Below, piece by piece: positions 22,967 to 48,933 of a stretch of 64,000 nt of DNA. The position numbers and the translations under genes were made by a program. The stretch is from Octopus sinensis (taxonomy: Eukaryota): assembly GCF_006345805.1 (NCBI RefSeq), contig NC_043007.1:13330001-13394000 (forward strand). Reading direction: 5' to 3'. How positions within the stretch are numbered: the stretch's first letter is position 1; every line of letters begins with the position of its first letter. The notes below the pieces were generated by a model that was given only the letters and a program-made list of their open reading frames with translations, searched no databases and was not told where the DNA came from.

Positions 22967-24118
22967 CGGTTTTTTTGACTATTTATTAAAATTTTATGTA
23001 TTGATTAAGTCTTTCCTTGTTTGTTTTGCAAAATAGTGGTTTTGTCTCTAATAATATTTTGTATATATATATATATATATATATACACTACGATGGGCTT
23101 CTTTCAGTTTCCATCCACCAAATCTACTCACAAGGGTTTAGTTGGCCTGGGGCTATAGTAGAAGACACTTGCCCAAGGTACTGCACTGAGGGACTGTTGT
23201 ATGAAAGCTAAAAACAACAACTTCAATAGAAAACAGGGCAACAAATGATAAAAAAAAGCCCATTTATTAAAGTAAATATGTCATTTCCTGGTTAAACACA
23301 AAAATATACCCAGATTGTAAATAATGATAACAATAAAAAAATTGTAAACATCCACAAGAATACTGTAACAAAAATGTTAGAACAGATAAGATTAAATGAT
23401 TTTAATTAATTTCTGATTTAGATTACAATAAGAAAATAAACTATACATACATTTGTTCAAATAAAGAAATAAGCCCAGGAAGGGTGAAAAGTTTTGGGAA
23501 AAAATTTCACATTAAATGACTGAGGCATGTCATAAAGTCTGTATCTTTCAGCATTGATTCATTGAAATGGTTATGTAAGTATGAGTGTGTACACATATGC
23601 ATATATAAGAGAACAAAGTGTACGTACGCCGCTATATATATACATAAAATAAAATACAAAATAGGACAAGAACGCAAAACATCCAGATAACAAAAGCAAC
23701 AGCCGAAATTGTGAGGATGATCCGGTTCTTTACTGAAGATAAAAGGCTTCGAATGACTCATCCTAGTTTTTTTTTGTATCGTCTATCTGGATGTTTCGTT
23801 GTCCCTTTTTGTATCACCTAGTTGTCCATATGTTTTGCGTTCTTGTCCCATTTTGTATTTTATTTTATAAATATATATATATATATATATATAAGAATTA
23901 AGATATAAACTCAAATTAAGCAATAATACTCATACAGTTATAAATTTGACTTAAAATGCGCATATATATATTAATTCAAATCAACACATGAATATTTTTT
24001 AAAAATTTATAAAATACAAAAAAAAATAAATATACATAAAATGCATGTAAATAAAACCCAAAATTAAGAGTGTTTAAGATTCAATTAAAAGATCAATGTG
24101 TTTTTAAAAATATAGAAA

Positions 24119-24427
24119 TCTTCTTTATATATAAAACTGAAGTTGTGTGTGTGAGTGTCTGTCTACTCCGATTTAGATTCCTAACTACTCCCACATTTTG
24201 CGGTGCAGTGTAACCAAAAGCGGGTATCTTATAGTCGTGATTCATATCAAGCCCTTCTGGGTATTAGCGCGTGTCTACAATGAGTCTACGATTTAAAAAA
24301 ATTTACCATCATTTTTCCGCATTTTTAATGCATTTTTGCTCGGTTTATATACGGGAAGTAACTCTCTAAAAATGCTTATATAGTTATTTCCCTTACAAAC
24401 CCGAGCAACGTAGGGCGATACTGCTAG
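24119..24427 (+). mobile_element. Non-autonomous Helitron-like element
   Basis: A|TC start; 3' GC-rich hairpin-like CCCGAGCAACG..GGG followed by CTAG|T; no TSD. Confidence 0.75.
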
Positions 24428-24666
24428 TGGTATATAATACAGTTCATAGAAAATGGACTTCCTTGAACTGTATTATATACTTTAAATAGCATTTATATAT
24501 TTTTAGAAACACATCGAACTCCATGGATCTTTTAAATGAAACTCTTAACTATTCTTAATTCTAGTACAACAAAAAAAATTGTATCAGTTCTCCTTTTCTC
24601 ACATTCTCACACTTCCTTCTATACGTATCCCACATGGGTTTTCTTTACATGTATTTTTATGTATAT

Positions 24667-24731
<65 letters not shown>

Positions 24732-24924
24732 CATATATATATATATATATATATATTTATATTCTATAAATATTTTAAAAATTATTTGTGTGTCGATATG
24801 TATTAATATATGTATATGCATTTTAAGTTGAATTCATAACTATATGAGTATGATTGCCTCGGGTTTGACCCGAGCACTTTTTAAGCAGTCCTGTATTTTT
24901 AGTAAGAAAGAACAATATTATATT

Positions 24925-24990
<66 letters not shown>

Positions 24991-25408
24991 TGATGGTTAT
25001 AATTAAATGGACAAAACGACATAGTTAAAGAAATATTTCCATCTAGATACAATGGATAAAACAATCAATGTACGCGTGTGTGTGCATGTATACACACACA
25101 CACACACATGATGTCATACATCACTGGTCACAATGCGCTTTTCATTCTTTTAGTTTTCTGAATGATGCCACTCCACTGGCTGGCTGGTTGGCTAGGTGAG
25201 CAGGCCAACATTACTCCTGATCAGAAGGCTATTCCGTTGGAAGGTTATACATTTATAGCTGAGTAAACTGGAGCAACATGAAATGAAGTGTCTTGCTCAA
25301 GAACACAATGTCCTGCTAAGTCTGGAAATTGAACCCATGATTTAACGACCGTTAGTGCAACATCTTGACAACTAGGCCATGTGCCTTCAACACACACACA
25401 CATATCAT

Positions 25409-25462
<54 letters not shown>

Positions 25463-25872
25463 CAGGCAAGTGCCAAGAGTAATTACTCAGGGTAAGCAGT
25501 TGGTGACCTTTATGTAGTAAAACACACAAAAATATAAGTGAAAGACAGACGCACGACAGAGTTGAAGGCAGATTTACTTCTGCCTTTATAGCATGTAAAG
25601 AAAATGTTGTTGTAGGAGTGTACGCAGCATGTGTACTACAGCAGTGCTATGCATAGCTTTAATACCAAGATTGAAAGTGGGGAGCGAATTATGCCTACCT
25701 AATCTACAGAAAAATAAAACATTATGCATTGTAATCAGAGAAACCTTCATAATTTTATTGAATTAGGTCCATATTTTGCCACAAAAGGAAAATGTTGTTA
25801 TTGATCTATTTTATTCAAGTTAGGCACTGCCTACCTAGACAGCACGTCCCTAAATATATATATATATATGTA

Positions 25873-25909
<37 letters not shown>

Positions 25910-26403
25910 TTATATGTATGTATATATACTCTTTTACTCTTTTACTTGTTTCAGTCATTTGACTGCGGCCATGCTGGAGCACCGCCTTTAGTTGAGCAAA
26001 TCGACGCCAAGACTTATTCTTTGTAAGCCCAGTACTTATTCTATCGGTCTCTTTTGCCGAACCGCTAAGTGACGGGGACGTAAACACACCAGCATCGGTT
26101 GTCAAGCAATGCTAGGGGGACAAACAGACACACAAACATATACACACACATACATATATATGTATATACATATATACGACGGGCTTCTTTGAGTTTCCGT
26201 CTACCAAATCCACTCACAAGGCTTTGGTCGGCCCGAGGCTATAGTAGAAGACACTTGCCCAAGGTGCCACGCAGTGGGACTGAACCCAGAACCATGTGGT
26301 TGGTAAACAAGCTACTTACCACACAGCCACTCCTGCGCCTATATGTAAATGTTGAATGATGAAATGAGTGCTCTTCACCGCATTGGTGGATATATGATTT
26401 TTT

Positions 26404-26750
26404 TTTATTTATGAATTAAGGCTACCATTGGTTTCATGTTAAGAAAAGCGGGAAAATGTCCTAATGTCTTAACAATATTTCAAGCTGATCACATGGAGAA
26501 AGTTGTTCGCCTCCATTTTGGAAAACCGTCTTGCTTCGTGCACGGGATTTCTCATAAATTCGAGTGTGAATGAGACAATGGACCAATGAATCAAGGGACA
26601 AAATCCTGTGAATGAAGCGAGACTATTTTCCAAAATGGAGGCAAACACCATTCTCCATGTGATCGGCTTGAAGAAAAATTGTTAAGATACTAGGATATTT
26701 TCCCACTTTTCTTAACAAGAAACCAATGGTAGCCTTAATTCACAAATAAA
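26404..26750. mobile_element. Long inverted-repeat element (about 160-bp imperfect arms)
   Basis: GAATTAAGGCTACCATTGGTTTC ... GAAACCAATGGTAGCCTTAATTC, with complementarity continuing inward. Confidence 0.8.
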
Positions 26751-26763
26751 GAAATTATGTACG

Positions 26764-26798
<35 letters not shown>

Positions 26799-26808
26799 CT
26801 ATATATAT

Positions 26809-26854
<46 letters not shown>

Positions 26855-27164
26855 ATATATATACACACATACACGCACTACTATTATTATTATTTAAAAT
26901 AGCTTCATTTGGCCCCATGCAACTTAGAGTTTCAAGGGCTCCTTACTGAAACCTATCCCATAAGAGGGCCTAGCAAATTTTAAGTCTCACGGGGCCAAAT
27001 CAAACCCTTTTAGATTATAATATACTTAACTCCTACCAAATGTGTTGTCTGCCACATTCTTTCAACTATACATACACACATATATACATACATACACACA
27101 TACAATATAAATGCATATATTCATACACATTTATACAGACACATACACACAACATGCATAGATA

Positions 27165-27555
27165 TCTTCTTTATATATAAAAGTGAAGTTGTGTGTCTGT
27201 CTCCTACGATTTAGATTCCTAACTACTCCCACATTTTGCAGTGCAGTTTAACCAAAACCGGGTATCTTATAGTCGTGATTCATATCGAGCCCTTCTGGGT
27301 ATTAGCGCGCATCTACGATGAGTCTAAGATTTAAAAAAAAATTTACCATCATTTTTTTCCATTTTAATGCATTTTTTTCGCTATTATATAAGGGAAGTAA
27401 CTCCCTAAAAATGTCTACGATGAGTCAACGATTTAAAAAAAAATTTACCATCATTTTCCCCCATTTTTTTTGCTATTTTTTGGCTATAACTCTCTAAAAA
27501 TGCTTATATAGTTATTTCCCTTACAAACCCGAGCAACGCCGGGTGATACTGCTAG
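27165..27555 (+). mobile_element. Non-autonomous Helitron-like element
   Basis: Same family as 24119; A|TCTTCTTTATATATAAAAG ... CCCGAGCAACGCCGGGTGATACTGCTAG|T. Confidence 0.78.
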
Positions 27556-27794
27556 TATATATATATATGGTGTTATAGACACTCTTTCTAGTAATATATT
27601 TCCACCCCAAAGTATTTGGTTTGAAGCTTCGTAGTCCACTGGTGAATAAAGGCAAAAGAAAAGCAAAGAAGGTTGAATGCATGTTGAGTTGAGATTCAAT
27701 GTCAGTGTGTCACGGTTAGCAGTGTGGGCACAGATGAAGTCCTTTGCAAAATCACACGGTACAATAAAGGATCATACACACTCATGCACATACA

Positions 27795-27855
27795 TACTTA
27801 TAAACACACACACACACACACACATATACATATATATATATACATACATATGTAC

Positions 27856-27901
<46 letters not shown>

Positions 27902-27994
27902 ATATATGTAGCAGTATATTGGATATATTATCCCATGGTGGGTTGAATTTTCAACCCCTATCTCATTTTATATATATATAATATATGTACATAA

Positions 27995-28033
<39 letters not shown>

Positions 28034-28242
28034 CATATACTTACATATATTTATATACATACACACATACATATACACACATATTTATATACATACACAT
28101 ACACATATATAGATATTTATATATATACATATATATAGATATATATTTATATACCTACATATATAGATATGTATTTATACAAATACATATATAGATATGC
28201 ATATATATACATACACATATATATATATATATATATATTTAT

Positions 28243-28273
<31 letters not shown>

Positions 28274-28330
28274 CACACAAATATATATATATATATATAT
28301 CTATATATATATACGTATATATATTAATAT
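27795..28330. repeat. Compound (TA)n/(CA)n low-complexity tract
   Basis: Read directly; similar tracts at 24660-24780 and 26765-26880. Confidence 0.95.
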
Positions 28331-28486
28331 GTATATGTGTGTATCAATTGCAAATAGATGATAATGTATATCTAAGCAATATATATCATTTGAATTAATT
28401 ATTTGAACATAAACAGTATAGGAAAGATAAAAATCAATGTTCCTACATCCCAGTAAATTTTATTCCAAATGCCGCACATCTTGTGT

Positions 28487-40514
<12,028 letters not shown>

Positions 40515-40708
40515 CTTTAACAGTTGAACATCAGTTTATTTGAAAGTTTCGTATTGAATCACATTAAAAATTAAACAAAACGCGTTTGTTTTGCTAATTA
40601 ATTACCATTTCGTATATTAAATATATTTTGTAATATTTAATAAACTAATTTATTTGTTTATTTTGGGTTTTTTCTACGAAACTACGGTTTGTTAGAGTAT
40701 ATGTAAAC

Positions 40709-40716
40709 GCGGGAAA
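40709..40716. promoter_or_regulatory. Canonical E2F site (GCGGGAAA) in the putative YIPF4/EXO1 bidirectional promoter
   Basis: Exact TTTCCCGC reverse complement in non-repetitive sequence about 200 bp upstream of the YIPF4 ATG; ACGCGT palindrome near 40580. Function is inferred. Confidence 0.45.
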
Positions 40717-42696
40717 AGTGAATCAGTGAAGAAGCTGTTAATGTGAGTTGATGTTTAATTAATTACTTTTGATCTCGTTAAAATTAATTTAAACTAATTA
40801 TACGGCTTATGAAATATGCTTTCTGGGGCGGGGGAGAGTTCATATTAGATATTCTGTGTAGTGCAGTTTAGTGAAGCAATGTGAATTTATGCATGAAATG
40901 AAATATTTTTGTTTATTATTAACCTCAGCATGTTTGGGTTTCGGGTAAAATATACAAGACACAGTTTCCAAAATTAAAACCAAAATAGGGAAATAGTCAG
41001 AAAAAGGGAAATGAAGTCAGTAACTATATAAGACGTATGCGTCCCCAATTATCACGCCAGGGGCAGAGGCAGACCCAGATCCCTTTAAAAATCTAAGGAT
41101 CCTTGGAATCATTTTTGCTTTCCTTCTTTAACAGTTTTATTTCTGACGCCAATAAACTTGGGTAATGGAATGTCGTGTAGTCCCGTATTCCCATTTCTAG
41201 AAAATTGGAACTTTATATGATATCAAAGCCATGCAAATCTCTGAAGTTGTCTGTGTATGGCAGGTTTGGTAGCCTTCAACTAACACTATCTCCTCCGAGA
41301 CCCTGCGGCGCAAGTTGACCAAAATTGAGAGTATGATAGAAGAAGGCTTGCTCTTCCTTCCGTAGAAGAAAAAATTCAAATCGGACTATGTTAAGACAAT
41401 TATTTACATCAAAAAGGTGCTTTTTTTCTATGAAAATCCCTATTTTTTACGATTTTTTGCCTCCTGTGTCACCATTTTTCGGTGTATTTTCAACCAGAAA
41501 AATGTTCACTTAAAGGAGAATAACAAGCTAGATAATGCAAAATTTTTACTTTTCAAAGATTCCAATTCTAAAGGGTCGAAACAAACCCGAGCAACGCCAG
41601 GCGATACTGCTAGTTATGTAATATTTTGAAGCGAAAGCTGGGACAGTTTATTAATTATGAGATCGCGAATGCAGTGTAAAAATCAAGATTTGTTGACCAG
41701 GCCTTGATATTGATTTTTCCTGACCACATACCATTAAGAATAGCAACGTACATTCTTATGTTATTAATCTCTTATTGTTTAAATTGAACTTTATTACTTC
41801 TACTCAGGTGTCAATAAGCTAACAATTAAGTTATTTATTATGTTTAAAAGAAAAAAAAAATGTGCTGATGGTTTTCTCTGGGCGACTGGCTGTGCGGTAG
41901 ATGCTTCGGTCTACAGATGTTTATTGCAGCCTCACAGCCTTTTAGGATCGGGGTGGAATCCTGCTTTACGCCATATTTTATAACTTTTTTTTAGTTTTTG
42001 GAATTTTCAGAAATTTTTTGCGAATTTGTGTTCTACATACTGGAATTCATGCGATTTGTGCAAAAAAAAAAAAAAATGGCGCGTGATTTAAGGTGTATTT
42101 AGCTGTTATTTTTAGCACATCTCAGGACCACCTCATACCCTCATCGTTTGTCAGGCTGACGTGTTGAATGTTTTTCAATATCTTTCTTCCCATAAACACA
42201 TTTAATGGTCTGTTGCTGGGATTTAAGTCAAATATTCGGACTGTCTGTATTTTAATGAAAAATTCGGAAAATCAACAACCAAAAAAAAAAAAAGCTTTCG
42301 AAAAATTAGAAAGATCTTTTTCAAAGTCGTCTGAATTCTATGTAAAATGCAAATTCGCAAAATTCTTCTGCAAATTCCAAAAAATATTAACAATTATAAG
42401 GGGTTATATGGCGTTCATTAAGCAGAATAAGTTTTATCATTGTCTCAGAAAAAATATTAACGACAAAACATTAATATATTTAATTCGAGAGGTTCATGGA
42501 AGGAACGCCTTCAGATTTGTTTTCAATTTGAGGGATCATCTATGTGGTCGCTTTTCCTGCTAGATATGACAACCAAATTAAACCCTATCCTTCAATATAC
42601 GATGCCTTACACCTGTTACACTTTTTTTTCCATTTTTGTCACCTGGGCGCGGATCTATATATTAACCCCCTATCATCTTAAAATATATAGTTACGG

Positions 42697-42913
42697 GGTA
42701 CTACTTAAGAAGAGTGGCCCCGGTGCGCGCACTCGCTCATCCGCGCTAGCTAATCGTGACTAGTCGATCCTTACTTTGTGTTTTTGTTTTATTTACTTTG
42801 TGTTTTTGTGTTTTATTTACTTTGCTAGGTAGTCGTTGTAGGATCGACTAGTCACGACTAACTAGCGCGGATACGCGAGTGCGCGCACCGGGATACTGTT
42901 CTTAAGTAGTACC
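42697..42913. mobile_element. MITE family A copy
   Basis: GGTACTACTTAAGA...TCTTAAGTAGTACC; TSD TAGTTACGG/TACTTACGG. Confidence 0.88.
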
Positions 42914-44111
42914 TACTTACGGCTACATTGAATAACGGAGTATTAGCTGTAGGCAGCCGGGGGCGGGGGGAGGCAGAATAGTCACGGTTGGAACGCTTTT
43001 GATAATAGGCCTGCTTAATGAAGACCAACTTGGGGGGTTGAGCAGTTGTAATAGCTGAAGAATCAGAAATGCCTTCGCGACCCCGTCTTTCAGTGTTTTA
43101 TTTTTTAGGCTCCAAAATTTAGTATGAATGTAGGTTGACCTTTTGCAAAGTCCGAAAATTTTAAGATTTTTATTGTTTATATGTGACATGGCCAAACTTA
43201 AAAGTATCCTTTTGTTGTATGTTTGAAGTTCAAATTCCACTGATCTTGATCTTGACTTGAACTCACAGCTGTCATACAACTCCCTGGATATGATTCTAGA
43301 ATGTTACTGAAATTATCGTCATCGGCGTCTTCGTAGTTATCATGATGATCATTGTCTTTTTCATGGTTACTTTGCATCTGCCTTTCATGAGTGTACTGGG
43401 TGCTTTTTTCATGCCACTGGCACTATCGGGGTTGCCAAGTAACTTGGAAGACAGAAAAAGAACAGGGAAAAAGGAAAAGGAAAAGAATCTGCCTCTACTA
43501 AGTGGTGGTAGCTGGGGGGGGGCGTTGTACTTGTGAGAGGGAGGTGGCTTTATGTCAGATGTTGAAAGGCTAAAGTATGATGGAGGACAAGCACAGATGG
43601 CTTTCCACATGGCTGTGTAGTAAGAAGCTTGCTTTTCTCAACCACATGGTTCCGGGTTCAGTCCCACTGTGTGGAACGTTGGGCAAGTGTCTTCTGCTAT
43701 AGCCCTGGGCCAACCAAAACCTTGTGAGTGGATATGGTTGATGGAAACTGAAAGAAGCCCATCGTATATATGTATATATAAGTGTGTGTGTTTGTCCCCC
43801 TTGCTACCAGTGCTTGACAACTTGTGTTGGTGTGTTTACGTCCCTGTAACTTAGCAGTTTGGCATAAGAGAACGATAGAATAAGTACCAAGCCTTAAAAA
43901 AATAAGAACCAGGGTGGATGCATTTGACTACAAATTCTTCAAGGCACTGCCCCAGCATGGCCTCAGTCTAACGACTGAAACAAATAAAATATAAAAACAT
44001 ATATATATATATATATATGTATGTGTTGAAAAAACAAAGTATTTTATTCTACATAGGTAGACACAGAGGAAAACTAGAAGTTGAAAATGCACCGAGCATA
44101 CTTAAAATATT

Positions 44112-44153
<42 letters not shown>

Positions 44154-44923
44154 ATGGTTGGCAGTCCGTTGGTTATGACGATGAGGGTTCCAGTTGATCC
44201 GATCAACGGAACAACCTGTTCGTGAAATTAACTTGCAAGTGGCTGAGCACTCCACAGACCCGTGTACCCTTAACGTAGTTCTCAGGGGAGATTCACTGGC
44301 CCTTCAAAATACAGGTACAAGAGCAACAGGAAGAAAGAGTGAGAGAAAGTTGTGGTGGAAGAGTACAGCAGGGTTCACCACCACCTCCTGCCAGAGCCTC
44401 ATAGAGCTTTAGGTGTTTTTACTCACAACGCCCAGTCTGGGAATCGAAACCACAATCCTACGACTGCGAGTCCGGTGCTCTAACCACTGGGCCATTGTAC
44501 CTCCACAATATATATATATATATATATACACACAAATGTGTATCTGATAGAGTAACCGATGACTCATGTAATGTAACCAAAGATTTCCTTCCTTTCTCTT
44601 ACCTGTCTTCAAACTTGATTAATTACCTGTTTACTTATTCCTGATGAAGGGGACATGTCAGTGTGAATCTAAAGGAGTCATACCAGTCAGGTGGTTCTGG
44701 CAACGAGCACGCTTTTGAAAATAGAAAGGGCTGTATAACAGTAGCATTCTTCCCTTTCATGGGACTGTCACATTAAGTTGACAACACACTGTCACTTTAT
44801 CGTGCTGCTACTGCATAAATCTCTCCATGAGATTTAGAAATATATTATTTCTATTTCCATAATGTTATATATTTTTATATTCTGCAGCTTCCCTTGCATA
44901 TTTACCGGGCGAAATGCGTAGCC

Positions 44924-45474
44924 GTATTTCGTCTGCCGCTACGTTCTGAGTTCAAATTCCGCAGAGGTCGACTTTGCCTTTCATCGTTTTGGGGTTGATA
45001 AATTAAGTACCAGTTACGCACTGGGGTCAATGGAATCGAGTTAATCCATTTGTCTGTCCTTGTTTGTCCCTTCTGTGTTTAGCCCCTTGTGGGTAGTAAA
45101 GAAATAGGTATTTTGTCTGCTGTTACGTTCTGAGTTCACATTCCACCGAGGTCGACTTTGCCTTTCATCCTTTCAGGGTTGATAAATTAAGTACCAGTTA
45201 CGCACTGGGGTCAATGGAATTGACTTAATCCGTTTTTCTGTCCTTGTTTGTCCCTTCTGTGTTTAGCCCCTTGTGGGTAGTAAAGAAATAGGTATTTCAT
45301 CTGCTGTTACGTTCTGAGTTCAAATTCCGCCGAGGTCGACTTTGCCTTTCATCCTTTCGGGGTCAATTAAATAAGTATCAGATACGCACTGGGGTCGATG
45401 TAATTAACTTAATCCCATTGTCTGTTCTTGTTTGTCTCTTCTGTGTTTAGCCCCTTGTGGGTAGTAAAGAAATA
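44924..45474 (+). repeat. Head-to-tail array of three 184-nt SINE family D bodies
   Basis: Units start at 44924, 45108 and 45292. Single copies at 16221-16453, 38148-38368 and 63800-64000. Confidence 0.9.
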
Positions 45475-45535
45475 TATTTATTTATATATAATTAATTACT
45501 AGGTTTTGTTGTTTTCAGATTGTCACCTCCAGAGA

Positions 45536-45696
45536 ATGGGTATCACTGGTCTGTTGCCATTCCTTAAGAAGATCCATGTACCAACAAATATATCACAATT
45601 CCAAGGAGCAACTGTTGCGGTGGATGTGTATTGCTGGCTTCACAAAGGAGCATTTTCTTGTGCTGAGAAATTGGCGTTTGGAGAGGACACAGATCA
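45536..45696 (+). CDS. EXO1: EXO1 coding exon 1 (161 coding nt; exon starts at 45519)
   Basis: TTTTCAG acceptor ends at 45518; [53 protein letters not shown]; GTAAGT donor, phase 2. Confidence 0.97.
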
Positions 45697-48600
45697 GTAA
45701 GTAGAACTTTACAAGACATTGTCCTTCATGCTGCCTGTCTGTCCAGAACGCCCACATTTGTATGTATGTCACTGTATTGGCATCACTTTAGTTCTTAAGC
45801 ATTTAATCCTGCCATCTCTACCCTAAATAGTCTACCTGATTTACGGGTGGGTGCTGTAAAGTTCTTGGCGTTAAGGGTATCACAAAATGCCTGATTGGAG
45901 GCCCAAACTTCCAAGTTCTTTTAAAGGGCTTAGAAAAACTGAAGGACCGCTGAAATAGTGTGTGAATCTGAAATGGGAATATCTTCAGTAAAATCATAAT
46001 TAACTGATCTTCCTGTATTTCCTTTTACCCAAAGCCAGGAACTTTTCAGTACTTCGTCATATGTTCAAACTGGCCATGTCTCACACTTACCCTACAGTGT
46101 CATTGTAAAATTACACAATCACATCATTGAAACGTTAGCACGCCGGGCAAAATGCTTAGCAGTATTTCGTCTGCCGCCACGTTCTGATTTCAAATTCCGT
46201 TGAGGTCAACTTTGCCTTTCATCCTTTCGGGGTCGATTAAATAAGTATCAGTTACTCACTGGAGTCGATATAATTGACTTAATCCGTTTGTCTGGCCTTG
46301 TTCGTCCCCCCTATGTTTAACCCCTTGTGGGTAGTAAAGAAATAGGTATTTCGTCTTTATGTTCTTAGTTCAAATCCTGCCGAGGTTGACTTTGCCTTTC
46401 ATCCTTTCGGGGTCGATAAATTAAGCACCAGTTGTGTACTGGGGTCGATCTAATCAACTGCCCCCCCCTCCCCCAAAATTTTGGGCCTTGTGCCTAGAGT
46501 AGAAAAGAAAGCTATGAGATATTGCATGATTAATTCAAAACAATGTGAATAAACAAGTTTTATATTTGATAGAGAAAGATGAATTCTAAAGGGTCTACGC
46601 CTCACTGCTCCATGTTTGCAGAGTGAGACGGAATTTATTGAGGCGGGTTTTCTGTGGATGCTCTTGCTGTCACTAACCTTCCTGCTTCTAAGTGAGATCA
46701 TATTTCACTGTGACCAGGCTTTAACACTTCAGCATTTTAACTGGCCATATCTGGCCCAAATATTCTACCTGTTTGTTGAAACCAACCAGGTCCAGCCTAT
46801 CACACTTACCCTTCAATGCCATTCTAAAAACATTCAATCACATCATCAAAATTTCAAAGCTACCAGATAAAGCATGATTAATTAGCAACAATGTGAATTA
46901 AAAAAAAAAAAACATTACATTTGGCAGAGCAAGCTGAATGCTAAAGGGTTATTGATTTTAGGTAAAATAAATGAATGGTTGGCGTTAGAAAGGGCATCTA
47001 GCTGTAGAAACTCTGCCAGATCAAGACTGGAGCCTGGTGCAGCCATCTGGTTCGCCAGCCCTCAGTCAAACCGTCCAACCCATGCTAGCATGGAAAGCGG
47101 ACGCTAAACGATGATGATGATGATAAATGGTTGATCACTATTGACCTCAGGTGGTTGCAGTAGAATTTCTTGTTAGTGGAGCCTAACCATCTCACATTTG
47201 ATGTCTAATTACTTTGTCATAAGTTTTGATATTTCACTTTCTTAACAGTTTACTTTACATTTTAGCAGTTAAACTAGCCATATCCGGCCCAGATATTCTA
47301 CCTTGCTTTCCGTTCAAACCATCTAGATTTGGCCTCTAGCGCTTGCCCTGCAACGGCATTCTAAAAATTAACAATCTCATCATGGAAGTTTTGAAACTCC
47401 GAGACAATGCATGATAAATTCAAAACAGTTTGAATAAATACGCATTATATTTGATTGAGGGCTCAGAGGGCTTTTGTTTCTTCATTTTCTTCATGTCATC
47501 ATCATCATCATCATCGTTTAACGTCCGCTTTCCATGCTAGCATGGGTTGGACGGTTCAACTGGGGTCTGGCGAGTCCGAAGGCTGCACCAGGCCAGGCTG
47601 ATCTGGCAGTGTTTCTACAGCTGGATGCCCTTCCTAACACCAACCACTCCGAGAGTGTAGTGGGTGATTTTATGTGCCACCGACACAGGTGCCGGACGAG
47701 GCTGGCAGACGGCCACGCTCAGATGGTGTTTTTTATGTGCCACCGACACAGGTGCCAGACGAGGCTGGCAGACGGCCACGCTCGGATGGTGTTTTTTATG
47801 TGCCACCGACACAGGTGCCAGACGAGGCTGGCAAACGGCCACGATCGGATGGTGTTTGTTACGTGCCCACAGCACGGAGGCCAGTCGATGCAGTACTGGC
47901 TACGGCCACGTTCGGATGGTTTTCATGTCAATGTTTAAATTATGATAGATCTTATTTTTCTCCTAAATTTTGTTTTATAGGTATATATACTATTGTATGA
48001 AATATGTCAACTTTATGATCAGCAAAAATTTGAAGCCAATCCTTGTGTTTGATGGCTGTCATCTTCCTTCCAAAAAAGACGTCGAAGACAGCAGAAGAGA
48101 GTAAGTGACATTTTTTTATTCAGCTGTTTATTTGCATAAACTCATTCTGTCAGAGTTAATTTACTCGTTAGCAAATAATTTACGCAATTTAAGTTGCTAA
48201 CTTTGAAAGTTTTTGTTATCTTTTATCTTTTACTTGTTTCAGTCATTGGACTGTGGCCATATTGGGGCATCGCCTTGACGGGTTTGGTCAAACAAATTGG
48301 CACCAGTACTTATTTTCAAGTCTGGTATTTTATATGTCCCTTTCATCAAGCTGTTAAGGTATGGGGATATAACCAACCCAACACTGGCTCATTCTCTCTC
48401 TATTTCCTCTTATTGCTCTCTGTCGAAGAGTGTAGGATCAAAACGTAAAAGACTTTTCCATTTTTCCTGAGTGTCAAACTAAATACACTTGCTTGTTGTT
48501 CATACATTCCTGTCTTCATCTTTTGTTTTTTTTATAAATTTGAACTATATATGTATTTGTTAATGCATGAAAGTCTTGGACCTTGAGCCACTCTGATACT

Positions 48601-48895
48601 TCTGCTGTTGGGCCTGATGGAGGCAATGAACGAGACCTTTGGCATTATGTTGTGCTTGAGAAGAAGACCCCTCAAGCCAACTGAAATTGCATTTGTGGCA
48701 GACACCGGCGTCATGCAGATGTCATGTAAAAGCATTACATTCTCGGAGTGGTTGGCGTTAGGAAGGGCTTCCAGCCATAGAAAACTTTGCCAAATCAGAC
48801 TAGAATCTGGTGCAGCCTTCCAGCTTACCAACCCTGGTCAAACTGTCCGACCCATGCGAGCATGGATAAAAGACATTAAATGATGATGATGGGAT

Positions 48896-48933
<38 letters not shown>

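Noticed and set aside
42923-43279. 118-aa ORF between YIPF4 and EXO1
   Set aside because: No recognisable domain or splice-linked partner exons; it lies within the inferred EXO1 5'-UTR intron on the opposite strand.
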